Assembly (NCBI GenBank): GCA_008369845.1
Contig: MRSU01007870.1
Coordinates: 1-55,369, forward strand
From: Trichomonas gallinae
Taxonomy: Eukaryota
Reading direction: 5' to 3'
DNA length: 55,369 nucleotides
Shown: positions 1-10,331 of the stretch, piece after piece
How positions within the stretch are numbered: position 1 is the stretch's first letter
How the letters are laid out: each line of letters starts with the position of its first letter
The notes under the pieces: model-generated
What the model was told of the DNA's origin: nothing
The model's input: only the letters and a program-made list of their open reading frames with translations
Database searches by the model: none
Made by a program: the position numbers and the translations under genes

Positions 1-50
1 AACTATCTGTGCTGTGCAAGACTTTTGCACCATCAACATTCGTCCGTTAA
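1..50 (+). CDS. Probable 3' end of a gene that starts upstream of the window
   Basis: Frame from nt 3 reads LSVLCKTFAPSTFVR-TAA, with the stop inside TAAA and followed by an AT-rich tract. Other frames are also briefly open, so the frame is uncertain. Confidence 0.35.
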   Translation, partial: LSVLCKTFAPSTFVR

Positions 51-212
51 AATAAGGTTATTAGTTTCCATACCTTTTTTATAATAATTTTTAAAATAAC
101 TGAATGATTTTATTTGCTTTAAATCGATTTATCTATATTTTGGGTTAAATTTCATGATGTTGAAAAAGATAAGAATATAAAAATGACTTTTTTAATATCC
201 GTAAGAGTTAAT

Positions 213-1991
213 TTAAATGAAAGCAACTGCCCATGTCTTTGTGGCACCATCTTCACCAACTGTGAGCAAGTGGGTCTCGTCGATCCAGTGAGCATCGTTG
301 ATTCTCTGCTGGTGAGCGCGCTCAACGACGACGTATCTCCTCTTCTTCTCGAGGGACCACTGTCTGATTGTTCTATCACCAGAGACTGTGATCAAGTGGA
401 CGCCGTCCTTGGCGAACATGATCTTTGTGACTGGAAGGGAGTGGAATGACCAGCCCTCCTGGATGGCCTCTTTGAGGTTGTCGCGAGACCAGACTGTGAT
501 GTCCTTTCTGGCAGCGGCTGTAGCAACCTTAGCACCGTCAGCGGAGTAAGCAATGGCAACAACATCAGAGTCATGGCCCTTAGCTTCGCCGAGCTTGGCA
601 CCAGCGAGGTCGATGAAGACTGTGGCACCCTTTGGACCACCGATGCAGATTTCCTTGCCTTCTGGGTGGACAGCGACGGCTGTTGGGACGAATGGTGTGG
701 CGATCTTTGTTGGAGCATCACCCTGGAGAAGGAGAAGGCCCTCCTGTGTGTGTATGAGGATCTTATCCTGGATTCTGTATAAGCCCTTGATTGGCTGCTT
801 GATGTTGATGTTCTTCTCCTGGAAGCCATCCTCGACGCGATAGACGGAGAGTGTGGAGTCAGCGCGAGCAGCGTAGAGGTGCTTCTCGTCCTGGCTGAGG
901 GCAAGAGCGACGACGTGTGGTGTCTTGACTTCGACACCCTCTGGGTTAGCGGAAGCGTATGGGGACTCGCCAAACTTGCGGAAGAGGATCATACCGCGTG
1001 TATCAGCTGTGACGAAGCCGCCTGGGATGAGGCAAGCGCATGTGACGCCGGCAGCGTGAGCACGCTCGACGCGGACCTTGCCATCCTCGAGGAAGTTGAA
1101 GTCACCGTTGAGGGAGACTGTCATCTTGTGCTTCTTTGTCCAGAGAGCGCCAGCCTGCTGCTGCCAGATCTCCTGACCAATTGTGTACTCTTCAGCAACA
1201 GAGCCGTCGGCCATGTTGATGACGAGGGCGCGGCCGTCTGTCAATGAGAGAAGAGCCTGCTTGGAATCTGGGCTGAAGGCGAGTGTTGTGACGCCGCATG
1301 GGAACTTGAACTCGTTGACCTTTGTGGACTCCTTGCCGTCATAGACGCAGACTTTGCCATCGAGGCCTGTTGTAGCATAGACGGATCCATCTGGAGCGAA
1401 GCGAGCGCAAAGGATGAACTTGTCGTGGTCCTTGCAGGAGTGGTCGAACTTGAATGGTGGGCCCTTGTAGAAGACGTGTGTGCAGTCATCGCCAGCAGAA
1501 ACGAATCTGAATGGACGTGTTGGCTTGAGGCATCCAGTGTTGACAACCTTTGTGTGACCCATGACTTCACCCTGGGAAGAGCCTTCGCCAGCGGAAATAA
1601 CAACACCGAATGTGTTGTTAGCACCCTGACCGACGCAGGAGATACGGTCGTTATCGCCTGTCCATGAGATATCGAAGATTGGGCCGGAAATTGGTCTTGT
1701 TTCGAGGCGAAGGCCTGTTTCCATGCACTTTGGTTCCCAAATTTTGACATTGCCTGCTTCATCAGAAGAAGCAACCCAACGGCCGTTTGGTGAGTATGTT
1801 GCAGCTGTTGTCTTGCCCTGGTGACCAATGTAAACATTTGTGTCGAATTTGTTCTCTAATCCTTGGATGTAGACGAGATTATCAATGCAGTAAGCGCATG
1901 TATCTGTGTTATCATTGGCACTGATGAAGAAACCGTGTCCACGCTGTGGTGTTGGGTGTGGAGCGTAGGTTGTTTCTGGAGTAATACTCAT
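213..1991 (-). CDS. WDR1: Actin-interacting protein 1 / WD repeat protein 1 (double WD40 beta-propeller)
   Basis: ~590-aa WD40 protein with AIP1-typical segments (TYAPHPTPQRG, GHTKVVN..LKPTRPFRFVSAGDD, FYKGPPFKF, SLNGDFNF, GWSFH). ORF opens at 2009, but ATG 1991 (MSITPETTY) follows a TCACT initiator and is the likelier start. Confidence 0.9.
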   Translation of the reverse strand: MSITPETTYAPHPTPQRGHGFFISANDNTDTCAYCIDNLVYIQGLENKFDTNVYIGHQGKTTAATYSPNGRWVASSDEAGNVKIWEPKCMETGLRLETRPISGPIFDISWTGDNDRISCVGQGANNTFGVVISAGEGSSQGEVMGHTKVVNTGCLKPTRPFRFVSAGDDCTHVFYKGPPFKFDHSCKDHDKFILCARFAPDGSVYATTGLDGKVCVYDGKESTKVNEFKFPCGVTTLAFSPDSKQALLSLTDGRALVINMADGSVAEEYTIGQEIWQQQAGALWTKKHKMTVSLNGDFNFLEDGKVRVERAHAAGVTCACLIPGGFVTADTRGMILFRKFGESPYASANPEGVEVKTPHVVALALSQDEKHLYAARADSTLSVYRVEDGFQEKNINIKQPIKGLYRIQDKILIHTQEGLLLLQGDAPTKIATPFVPTAVAVHPEGKEICIGGPKGATVFIDLAGAKLGEAKGHDSDVVAIAYSADGAKVATAAARKDITVWSRDNLKEAIQEGWSFHSLPVTKIMFAKDGVHLITVSGDRTIRQWSLEKKRRYVVVERAHQQRINDAHWIDETHLLTVGEDGATKTWAVAFI

Positions 1992-1998
1992 TCCAAAA

Positions 1999-2003
1999 AG
2001 TGA
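1999..2003 (-). promoter_or_regulatory. Initiator (Inr)-like element TCACT
   Basis: TCACTTTTTGGAATG on the minus strand; matches the trichomonad Inr consensus TCA(Y)(T/A) a few nt before the ATG. Similar elements precede ATGs at 26569, 30636 and 40902. Confidence 0.6.
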
Positions 2004-3115
2004 ATTCATAAGCCGTCACATTTCTGAGAGTTGTCTGAATGAATATGTCCAATCAAGTTTTTGGTGAGAATTTTTCGTTTTTTAGATAGATATGACATTT
2101 GGCAATACATTTTCAACAATAAAATCGCAAAAAGTAAAAATCTAAATTTTATGTTGTTTTTGACTTTAATATTATGTTCGCATATTATATTTAGTAAAAT
2201 TTCGTCGTTTACTGGTTTATCAAATTTTTGAAAGCACATCACGTCCTTTTTCTTTTGTCCATTCTCCATTTTTTGGGTATATTTCCGATTCCATGTATAA
2301 AACTTAGATAAATAAAAGTGACTAAAATTTTATCCTGCGGCTTATTTTCGAGGTCGAATCTCACAGTTGATAAGAGACATAGAAAAAAACAGTATAGTTA
2401 ATAAATAGTATAGAACAAATACTATATGATAAACAGTCAGATTCTATAAAAAATCAAAGAAAATCTAATCAATTCAAAGATATAGTGAAAAATTGATTTT
2501 TATGCGATATGGTAAATGAACAGAAGAATGGCTGCATAATTAAATGTTTGAAAGGGAGAAATATAAAGATAAATCAATTAAATAGATTAGATCTTAGAGA
2601 TTTCGATAGCATATATGCACTAACATCTGAAAAATTAAGTAAATTCATTGGTATACGGTTGAAAATCTTGAGATTTCAATCCAATTTAGAGAAATGAATT
2701 GTATTTCGAGATAGGAACGAAATTCAAAGCACATGATATGATATGAATTAATATATTCATTAGGCGCATTCATTGCTTAATGATTTGAAGAAAAGTAAAG
2801 TCGCTGATATCAAATTTCATAATTTGATGATAGCAATGAATGAACTGCATGAAACGATAAAATAGCTTGCAGAGATCAATATAATGGATGAATAAGCATT
2901 TGAAGATCAAAGGATTTTCGAAGAAAAATTTTATCAAAAATAATAAACGTCTTTGTCAAAAATACAATTTACTTGTCGGATATGTTTGTTTACAAAACAG
3001 ATTTTGACGAGCAAATATTTTCTCGTGGAAATCATTAACATTATCATGCATAGGGAAATTTCAGGTATGAAGAAAAATATAGCTTTAGTTGTAATTACAA
3101 AAATAAAAAATAACA

Positions 3116-6100
3116 TCATTGTTTGCCAGGTGAAGTTGGCGGAGTCTTAGAACTGTTGTATTCCATGAGTCTCAAGTTCATGTTCTTGACAGAAATGAAC
3201 GAGTCGCTCAGTCTTGTACTTCTGTTCTTCTCACACTCAAGCTGGAACCTGAGTCTTGAGTTCTCTAATGCAAGAGACTTGTTGATTTCAACAAGCTTTG
3301 TGTTGTTCTGCTTCAACTGAGCTGCATTAGAAGCTTCATATTTATCAATCTCTGCCTTAGACTTGTAGATCTCAAACTCGCGCTTAACCCTTGCGAGCTC
3401 GTGAGAGAGTTCACTGATCCTCTGGTCAACGCTGATGCTTCTGTCGTCGTCATCGAACTGGTATGGCTTGAGGGTTGTTGCAGTGTAAGGAGTCTCGCCG
3501 TTGAGAGAATCAATCGAAAGAGATAATCCAGCGTTCTCCTTCCTGAGCTTGTCGTGTGCGTCAGTCAGCCAGATGCATCTTGCTGCGAGTGTGCTCGACT
3601 TGGCTTCAAGTTGGCTGTTATGTATGCTGAGTGCTGCGTTCGAAGACTCAAGGTTTCTGACTCTTGTCCTCAACTCTTCGTTGTTCTTCTTCAAGTGGTC
3701 ATTGGAGATGGTTAGATTCCTGATCTCGAATTTCATCTCTTCGAGTTCATCGACAGGAATGACTTGCTTCTTCATATCCATCATCTCGCCCTTGAGTCTG
3801 AGGTTCTCGTTCTCGGACCACTGCTTCTGGTTCTCGAGAGATTTCTCACGGTTCTTTGATGCTGTAAGCTGGTTGTTGAGGTCTCTCAGCTTCAGTTTCC
3901 AGTCTTCTCTCTGGCTCTTGAGGTCTGCGTTCTCAGACAAAACTAATTGAAGTTGTGTAGACAATTTTTCGACTTCAGCTGCATTTTGCTTTATCAAAGC
4001 CAAATGCTTCGCCTGCTCATCTTTGTACTGCTTCATTGCGTTGGCGAGTTTCTCGTCGAAGTTGTCTTTCTCTCTCTTGTATTGAGAGTTTTCGACCATA
4101 AGTGCTTTCTTCTCATCTAACAAGTCTGAAATCTTCTGTGTTTTGTCTGCGTTATCGTTCCTCAGTCTCTCGTTTTGCTCGGTCAATCTATCACATTCAC
4201 CCTGTTTATTAATCAACTCGTTTTGCTTCATTATCAAAGCGTTGTTTCTCGATTGCAATTCCTTTGTGAGCTCTTCGAGTTGTGCTGTTAACTGGGCGAC
4301 TTTGATCTCGTTTTCTTCTGCTGTTGTCTGGAGTCTAAGCTTTTCTTCGTCGAGGCTGTCGTTCATGCTTGAAAGCTTGGACTCGAGACCCTTCTTGTCT
4401 TCGAGGAGCTGAGAAAGACTGTTCTCTTTATCTTCCATGCTGGCTAATATTTCTGCATTTTGATCCTTCAACGCCTGGAACTCCTTGAACAGGCGCTGAT
4501 TCTTCTGCTTCGCTTGTGCGATGTATTCGTTTGCGTCTTTGAGATCTTTTGCCTGCTTCTCGTTCTGGTCGTTGAGATTTTGCAGTTCTTCTCTGAGCTT
4601 TTGAATTTCAGACTGAAGAGATTCAATGGACTGGAGAAGTTTAGAGTTCTGGCCTTTAAGAGATTCTTTCTCAGACTCTGAGTATGAAAGCTTGTTCTCG
4701 AGGCTCTCCTTTTCTGCTGTAAGCTTATTCAGCTGCTGGTGGAGGTCTTCGAGTGTCTTCTGGAGTCCGTCGCCTTTGTCTGTGAGAGAGTTGAAGTCCT
4801 GCATCATTTGTGAGTGTTTCTGTGTGAGATCGTCCAAATGAGTCTTCGTTTCTACAAGTTCTGCTTCTTTCGCCTTCAAGTCGTTCGTCAAGTTCTCGTT
4901 CTGCTTGACTAAGCCCTTGTTCTGGCTGATCAAGTCATCTATCTTTCCGTTGAAATCATCTGATGCCATAAGTGAACTATTCTTCTCGTTTTCGAGGTCA
5001 TTTTCTAAGCCTTCGACCTTCTTCTTCAACTCGTTGATTTGTGCATCCTTGTTCTTCGATTCTTCGCTGAAATTGCTCAAGTCTAAGTCTCTCGTCTTCA
5101 GCAATCCTTCCCTCTCTTCTTCCATTTCTTTGATTTTCGCTTCTAAGTCTTCTTTCTCGAGTTCTAAGTCCATCTTTTGGCAGGCCAAGCAGGCTTCCTT
5201 TCTTTCCAAAGTGTTCTTTCTTGCTGTTAATGCTTCGACTTGTTTCTGGAGTTCTGTCTTTTCTTTCTGAAGCTGCTCGTTGGTGCTGCTGAGTTCCTCG
5301 ATTTGCGAGTCTTTGAGTATCGATGATTCGTTTGAGTCGTTGAGTTGAAGATCGCGTGTCTTGACGTGTTCAACGAGTCCATCCTTCTCTGTTTGGAGGT
5401 CTTTGAGTTTAGCTTCGAGATCTTCCATTTCTAATTCGAGATCCATCTTTTGGCATGCTAAGCAAGCCTCTTTTCTCTCAAGAGTGTTCTTTCTCGCTGT
5501 GAGCTCTGCAACTTTCTTCTCAAGATCTGACTTTTCTTCTTCTAATTTAGATTTTTCTGACGTTAAATCATTAATTTGCTTGTCTTGTTCTGCTGTCTTT
5601 TGTTCGAGGTTCGATTTATCTGTTTCTAAGTCGGATTTAACTTGTTTAAGGTCATCAACGTCTTTCTGTAAGTTCTTGATCTTTTCAACAAGTTTTTGAG
5701 CTTCATCTGATGATTTCGCATTCTCAAGCAAGCTGCTGTTGCGCTCTTCTTCAAGTGTAGATTCGAGATCTTTGATTCTTTGCTCATTTTCTGCTTTAGT
5801 TTTCTCAAGTTGTGATTTCGTTGATTCGAGATCAGATTTTTCGGATTCGAGTTTAGCCTTGTCACTTGATAATGATTCGATGTTTGTCTGTTGTTCTTGG
5901 TTCTTCCTTTCAAGATTTTGTTTATCTGATGTTAAATCGCCGTTTTGTTTCTTAAGATTCTCGATTTCTGTCTCAAGATTATTGATTCTCTTCCTTTCTT
6001 CATTGAGAGTTGAAGTAATGTCGTTGCTTCCAGATTCAAGTAATTTAATTTGCTCTTCGAGTCCTTTCTTCTGTTTTTCGAGATCAGCTATCTTCTCTTC

Positions 6101-7180
6101 ATTCGATTTTTGTGTTGTTTGTAAGCCTTCTTTGTCTTTTTGAAGATTTGATTTATCGTTATTAAGCTGATTAATTGTATCTTCGAGCTGCTTGATCTTA
6201 TTGTTGAGATCATTGATCTGCTCGGTATTTTTAGCGCGTTCATCGTTGAGAGTTTGGGTAATTTCCTTTTTCTCGTTTTCTGTTGTTTGATTCTTCTTCT
6301 TGAGTTCCTCAATTTCAGCTTTGAACTGCTCGATTGTCGCTGTTTGTCCCTGGTTTTCCTCTTCGAAGTGATCAACTTTCTTTCCTAATTTTTCAAGCTC
6401 ATTTTCAAGAGTTTTGATACATTTCAACTTGTTCTCATCTTCTACCTTAAGCTGGTTGTATTGTTCCCTAAGATCATCCAATGCTTTGTCGTGTTCTTGC
6501 TGATTATCAGACATTGATTTATCTTTCGCTTCAAGTTGCTGCTGTAAAGTTTCTTTCATTTGGCGCAACTCGGCAATTTGGGTTTCGGCCGCTTTGAGCT
6601 TGTGTTGTAATAGTTCGTTATCTCTTGAAGAATCGTTAAATTTCTGCTCGAAACTGTTAGCTCTGGCTTCCATGTCTACTTTTTCGTTCTGTAATTTCAA
6701 AATCTTGTCATCTTTATCTTTAATAATCGAATTTGAACTTTCTTTATCAGAATTCATCATATTAAGAGCGTTTTCTAACTCAGCAATCCTTGCCTTTAGG
6801 TTTTCATTCTCCGTTTGCATTGCGTTGAATTGTTTCATAAATTCCGCAAATTTTTGCGGCGAACAACCATAAGTCTTCTCAAGTTCTGCCAATTTCTTCT
6901 GGAGCATCATATTCTCGTCTTTTAGAGTCTTATTTGCTCTTACGAAAGAATTTGTTTCATTTTTAAGCGTTTCGTTCTTTCTTTCGAGAAAATCGTATTT
7001 ATTCTTAAGTGTTTCTAATTCCTTGCTGATGCGTGCCTCTGGAGAACCAGCTTTGTCGTTTTCAATTGATTGAGATTTGTATTTAAACAATTCCGCTTTA
7101 AGAGTTTCATTTTGTTTAAGCAGGGCATCGACCTTCTGCTCTGGAGTTAGCCCATCGAGACTAACTGCGCTGTCTGCCAT
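3116..7180 (-). CDS. Long coiled-coil protein (1354 aa), probably cytoskeletal/structural
   Basis: Continuous E/K/L/Q/N-rich heptad pattern with no catalytic motif; internal exact 25-aa duplication LTARKNTLERKEACLACQKMDLELE. Confidence 0.85.
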   Translation of the reverse strand: MADSAVSLDGLTPEQKVDALLKQNETLKAELFKYKSQSIENDKAGSPEARISKELETLKNKYDFLERKNETLKNETNSFVRANKTLKDENMMLQKKLAELEKTYGCSPQKFAEFMKQFNAMQTENENLKARIAELENALNMMNSDKESSNSIIKDKDDKILKLQNEKVDMEARANSFEQKFNDSSRDNELLQHKLKAAETQIAELRQMKETLQQQLEAKDKSMSDNQQEHDKALDDLREQYNQLKVEDENKLKCIKTLENELEKLGKKVDHFEEENQGQTATIEQFKAEIEELKKKNQTTENEKKEITQTLNDERAKNTEQINDLNNKIKQLEDTINQLNNDKSNLQKDKEGLQTTQKSNEEKIADLEKQKKGLEEQIKLLESGSNDITSTLNEERKRINNLETEIENLKKQNGDLTSDKQNLERKNQEQQTNIESLSSDKAKLESEKSDLESTKSQLEKTKAENEQRIKDLESTLEEERNSSLLENAKSSDEAQKLVEKIKNLQKDVDDLKQVKSDLETDKSNLEQKTAEQDKQINDLTSEKSKLEEEKSDLEKKVAELTARKNTLERKEACLACQKMDLELEMEDLEAKLKDLQTEKDGLVEHVKTRDLQLNDSNESSILKDSQIEELSSTNEQLQKEKTELQKQVEALTARKNTLERKEACLACQKMDLELEKEDLEAKIKEMEEEREGLLKTRDLDLSNFSEESKNKDAQINELKKKVEGLENDLENEKNSSLMASDDFNGKIDDLISQNKGLVKQNENLTNDLKAKEAELVETKTHLDDLTQKHSQMMQDFNSLTDKGDGLQKTLEDLHQQLNKLTAEKESLENKLSYSESEKESLKGQNSKLLQSIESLQSEIQKLREELQNLNDQNEKQAKDLKDANEYIAQAKQKNQRLFKEFQALKDQNAEILASMEDKENSLSQLLEDKKGLESKLSSMNDSLDEEKLRLQTTAEENEIKVAQLTAQLEELTKELQSRNNALIMKQNELINKQGECDRLTEQNERLRNDNADKTQKISDLLDEKKALMVENSQYKREKDNFDEKLANAMKQYKDEQAKHLALIKQNAAEVEKLSTQLQLVLSENADLKSQREDWKLKLRDLNNQLTASKNREKSLENQKQWSENENLRLKGEMMDMKKQVIPVDELEEMKFEIRNLTISNDHLKKNNEELRTRVRNLESSNAALSIHNSQLEAKSSTLAARCIWLTDAHDKLRKENAGLSLSIDSLNGETPYTATTLKPYQFDDDDRSISVDQRISELSHELARVKREFEIYKSKAEIDKYEASNAAQLKQNNTKLVEINKSLALENSRLRFQLECEKNRSTRLSDSFISVKNMNLRLMEYNSSKTPPTSPGKQ

Positions 7181-7439
7181 AAATTTACCCTAAAATGTAA
7201 TCAAATAAAATTTTACTTATCGTTGAAAATTTTATTTTTGTGTTTTGGTCTCCATTTGCCTTTTTTAGCAGTTTATTCGGTTGGAAAAAAGTTTACATTT
7301 TTTATGCACTCAAAAAGTGGAATATAAAATGAGAACTATCATGAATCCGGATTTTCTTTAGATGGGATATGGATATATCTTATGTAATAATGATTATGAG
7401 GTTAGATTCGTTGTAATCAATGTTGATTGTAAAAAATCG

Positions 7440-7600
7440 AAATTTAGGTTATATACGATTATTTTCAACTCAAAACTGAAGATTTCAGAAATGAAAATAA
7501 TCATATATAACATAATAAACAATTTTGTATCATTTTCCGGATTCTTTTACGCCCGTATATATTTTACAAAATTTTTGATTTGTTTATTTACGATTAATTT
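7440..7600 (+). repeat. Dispersed non-coding repeat, copy A
   Basis: TCAGAAATGAAAATAATCATATA (7485-7507) and CTTTTACGCCCGTA (7544-7557) recur as reverse complements at 27245-27267 and 27185-27198, with looser similarity around them. Confidence 0.7.
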
Positions 7601-8618
7601 CAATTCAAAAAATATCGTTAGAGAAAGAATATTATCATATTTAGCATAACAAATAATTTTATATCATTTAATTATATGCTTACACGCCCGTAAATTAAAT
7701 TAAAATTTAAAATTAAAATCATGAAGTTGATTCTGAAAATTGGCTTTGAAATTGTTTTAAAATGTTAATAACAATTTATTAAATTGATTCATCTAAATAT
7801 TTTTAATGAACAACAACAAAAAATTTTATTCAACATTGAACATGTTGATTAAGACCATGTGATCATGCATTCATTTACAAAGGAGGAGAAAAGCCCAGAT
7901 TTATGTCCAAAAATTACGAAAAGGACGAAAGCTGCACCAGTTATTCAAGTGATGATTGGTTGCCATATGAGAAGAAAACGTCAAACTTAAGCAATATATA
8001 TTATACAACTGTATTATACATATTGTAATGCTTAGCACACATGTTGTAGTTAGATAGAGTGAAGGATATTAATATTTTCTATTTTGCTTAAATTTGTTAA
8101 TTATTATATTCATCTAGGTACTATCTATTAGAAATCAATACAAAACTGGGCCAATAGATATCTTTGACACTTTACAAATCAGATTTTTGTCAGTTTTTCG
8201 ATATTCATAATATTGTACAACTATGTATTACCATTCATACAAAAATTGAAATCAAATCAAAAAAGTGCCAGAAATTGTGGTTAACGTTAACGTGCTCAAT
8301 GAGGTTAATTTTTTGCCTTTTAACTTGAAATATAGTATTAACATCATTTAAATGTCTTATATATTCATTTACATAGAAAATTTTCGCCGAAAAAATTCTT
8401 TAGAAAATTCATTATTTTCAAGAAAAAATCGTGTTCAACAAATTACTATTAGCCAGCTAATGCATAAAAATAAGCAAATTTCGTCTTTGTCCTAAAATTT
8501 GTCAAAATTAACCAAAAATGTAAAGGATTCGAAAACCAGCGTTGTCACAGCCATGTATACGATCTGAGAGTAATGTAGATAGTAAAAGAAATGAACATTT
8601 TTGTTTTTACTGGCTTCG

Positions 8619-10169
8619 ATGAACTTTCGAACTTATCTAGTTAAGAATTTATCCGCAACCATAAGAACAATAGAGATTCTATTGATGAATGTAGTATTCT
8701 TGTATGCCTTTTTTCACACAACATCGCTCGATTGTAAATTAAAAATGCTAATTCTGCCCGATTATATTAAACAGATGGTTTACAATGATTATAATGGAGA
8801 ACTAAGGCTACGTTTTGATACCAGACCGACAGAATGGAAAAATCGGCAAGTTTCTTGTCATATTACAAAATTCATTGCACCAGAAGAGGTTCCATTAGTA
8901 ACGGTATATCAAGTCATATACGAATTCCCTTCTCTACCAATGCCGAACGTATTAAGATCCAAAGGCGAATGGGATTATTCACGATTAGCATATTTATCGG
9001 CAGCTTATAGGGAAAGCGTACGAATTTATCACTACAAGAATATTTATTTCAACAACCACGATCTATATACGCAAGATTCATTGATAAGTTTGTATTCCAG
9101 TTATAAAACATTTATTAATGAATATATAAGGGTGTCAAATCATGTATATGACTCAGTTATCATCGCAAGGCAGCATTATGAGGCATTTGGAAACTATGTT
9201 TCCGATTCACCTCTGTTTTTATTGATAAATATGCCAGAAGAAATAACAAGGAAGTCTGTCTTCATTAATTGGGGACGATTGGATGCAGTAACAGCCCAAA
9301 TTTTCGATGACCATGGACTAGAGTGGGTAGATATTAATTGTGTGGGTTTGGATTTGAACTATGCAAAGAATTTATACTTTGCAGAAAGCCCTGATTTTGT
9401 CTTTGGAAACTTAAGAGTTTTAATGAAGTTGAGAGATTTAGCTTATAATAAGTATAATATTTCAATCATCAAGCCACATATTGGATTAGTCACAAATAAC
9501 CCTCCTGGTAAGCCAAGGCATGTACCTAATATGGACGAATTCATTGAAGCTGCAAAGAAGAATTATCCTGAAATTGACTGGAGATTTGAAGATAACAAAA
9601 AGCTTTCTTTCCTCAACCAATCAATCAAAACATTTGCTGCTACAAAAATCTATGTGACTGTTCCTGGATCTATGGCTTTCAAAGTCATGTACATGCAGAA
9701 GGGAACTGGTGTGTTCATTTTTGGCACTAATATTGATGAATGGTCCAACTATATTATCACGCACGTATTGAATATATGGTGCACTTGCACAAGGAACAAA
9801 TATCTTCACCATGATAAAAATCTAACAAGCCCTATAGATGTTGATTACAACATTAAGTATCTTAAGTACCTCATGTATGCTGTGGATCATCAGGGATGGT
9901 GTAATGATGCACTCAATGACATAGAAACTGTTCTTCTCTTTGACATGGAACCAGTCAAGCAGATTCTAGAAATTAATCCAAACATTGCATTGCTGCCAAG
10001 CTGCAATTTAACTAATTACTATAAATATATCACAACTGATCCTTACCATTACGCGCGCTGTGGAAATCACGAATTGTTCAAAATAGTCAATGATATACCT
10101 GGAAAAACTAAAGAATATGTCGAAGATCCTGATTTCAACAACTGGACTCCACGAAAGAAAGAAGATTAA
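8619..10169 (+). CDS. Glycosyltransferase family 61 / DUF563-like protein, probable type II membrane protein
   Basis: C-terminal R..PNMDEF...LSFLNQSIKTFAATKIYVTVPGSMAFKVMYMQKGTGVFIF resembles the GT61 block (R.i.N..e....sf.eQ...f....iig.HGagl.n..fm..g..viE). A hydrophobic stretch near the N-terminus supports ATG 8619; alternative ATGs lie at 8685 and 8745. Confidence 0.65.
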   Translation: MNFRTYLVKNLSATIRTIEILLMNVVFLYAFFHTTSLDCKLKMLILPDYIKQMVYNDYNGELRLRFDTRPTEWKNRQVSCHITKFIAPEEVPLVTVYQVIYEFPSLPMPNVLRSKGEWDYSRLAYLSAAYRESVRIYHYKNIYFNNHDLYTQDSLISLYSSYKTFINEYIRVSNHVYDSVIIARQHYEAFGNYVSDSPLFLLINMPEEITRKSVFINWGRLDAVTAQIFDDHGLEWVDINCVGLDLNYAKNLYFAESPDFVFGNLRVLMKLRDLAYNKYNISIIKPHIGLVTNNPPGKPRHVPNMDEFIEAAKKNYPEIDWRFEDNKKLSFLNQSIKTFAATKIYVTVPGSMAFKVMYMQKGTGVFIFGTNIDEWSNYIITHVLNIWCTCTRNKYLHHDKNLTSPIDVDYNIKYLKYLMYAVDHQGWCNDALNDIETVLLFDMEPVKQILEINPNIALLPSCNLTNYYKYITTDPYHYARCGNHELFKIVNDIPGKTKEYVEDPDFNNWTPRKKED

Positions 10170-10331
10170 TCTATCCATTTCTTAGTATTGTATGTTTTTT
10201 ATTATATCGCGGCTTATTATAAAATATGTTATTATTGTTTTAAGATTTTGTTCTCCTTGATAGAGTCCAAAACTCATGATTAGTATTAAATAAGTTATAT
10301 TAGTTACATAAATAAACAAAAATAATTTTAC

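Noticed and set aside
152..1837. Overlapping and antisense ORFs across the AIP1 gene
   Set aside because: Explained by strong GC3 codon bias, which removes stops in other frames; no recognisable protein features.
3123..6872. Many Ser/Phe/Leu-rich plus-strand ORFs
   Set aside because: Antisense shadows of Glu/Lys-rich coiled-coil codons.
3116..7180. Rad50/SMC or viral inclusion protein identity
   Set aside because: No Walker motifs or hinge; two CxxC motifs rather than one central hook; any similarity would be generic coiled coil.
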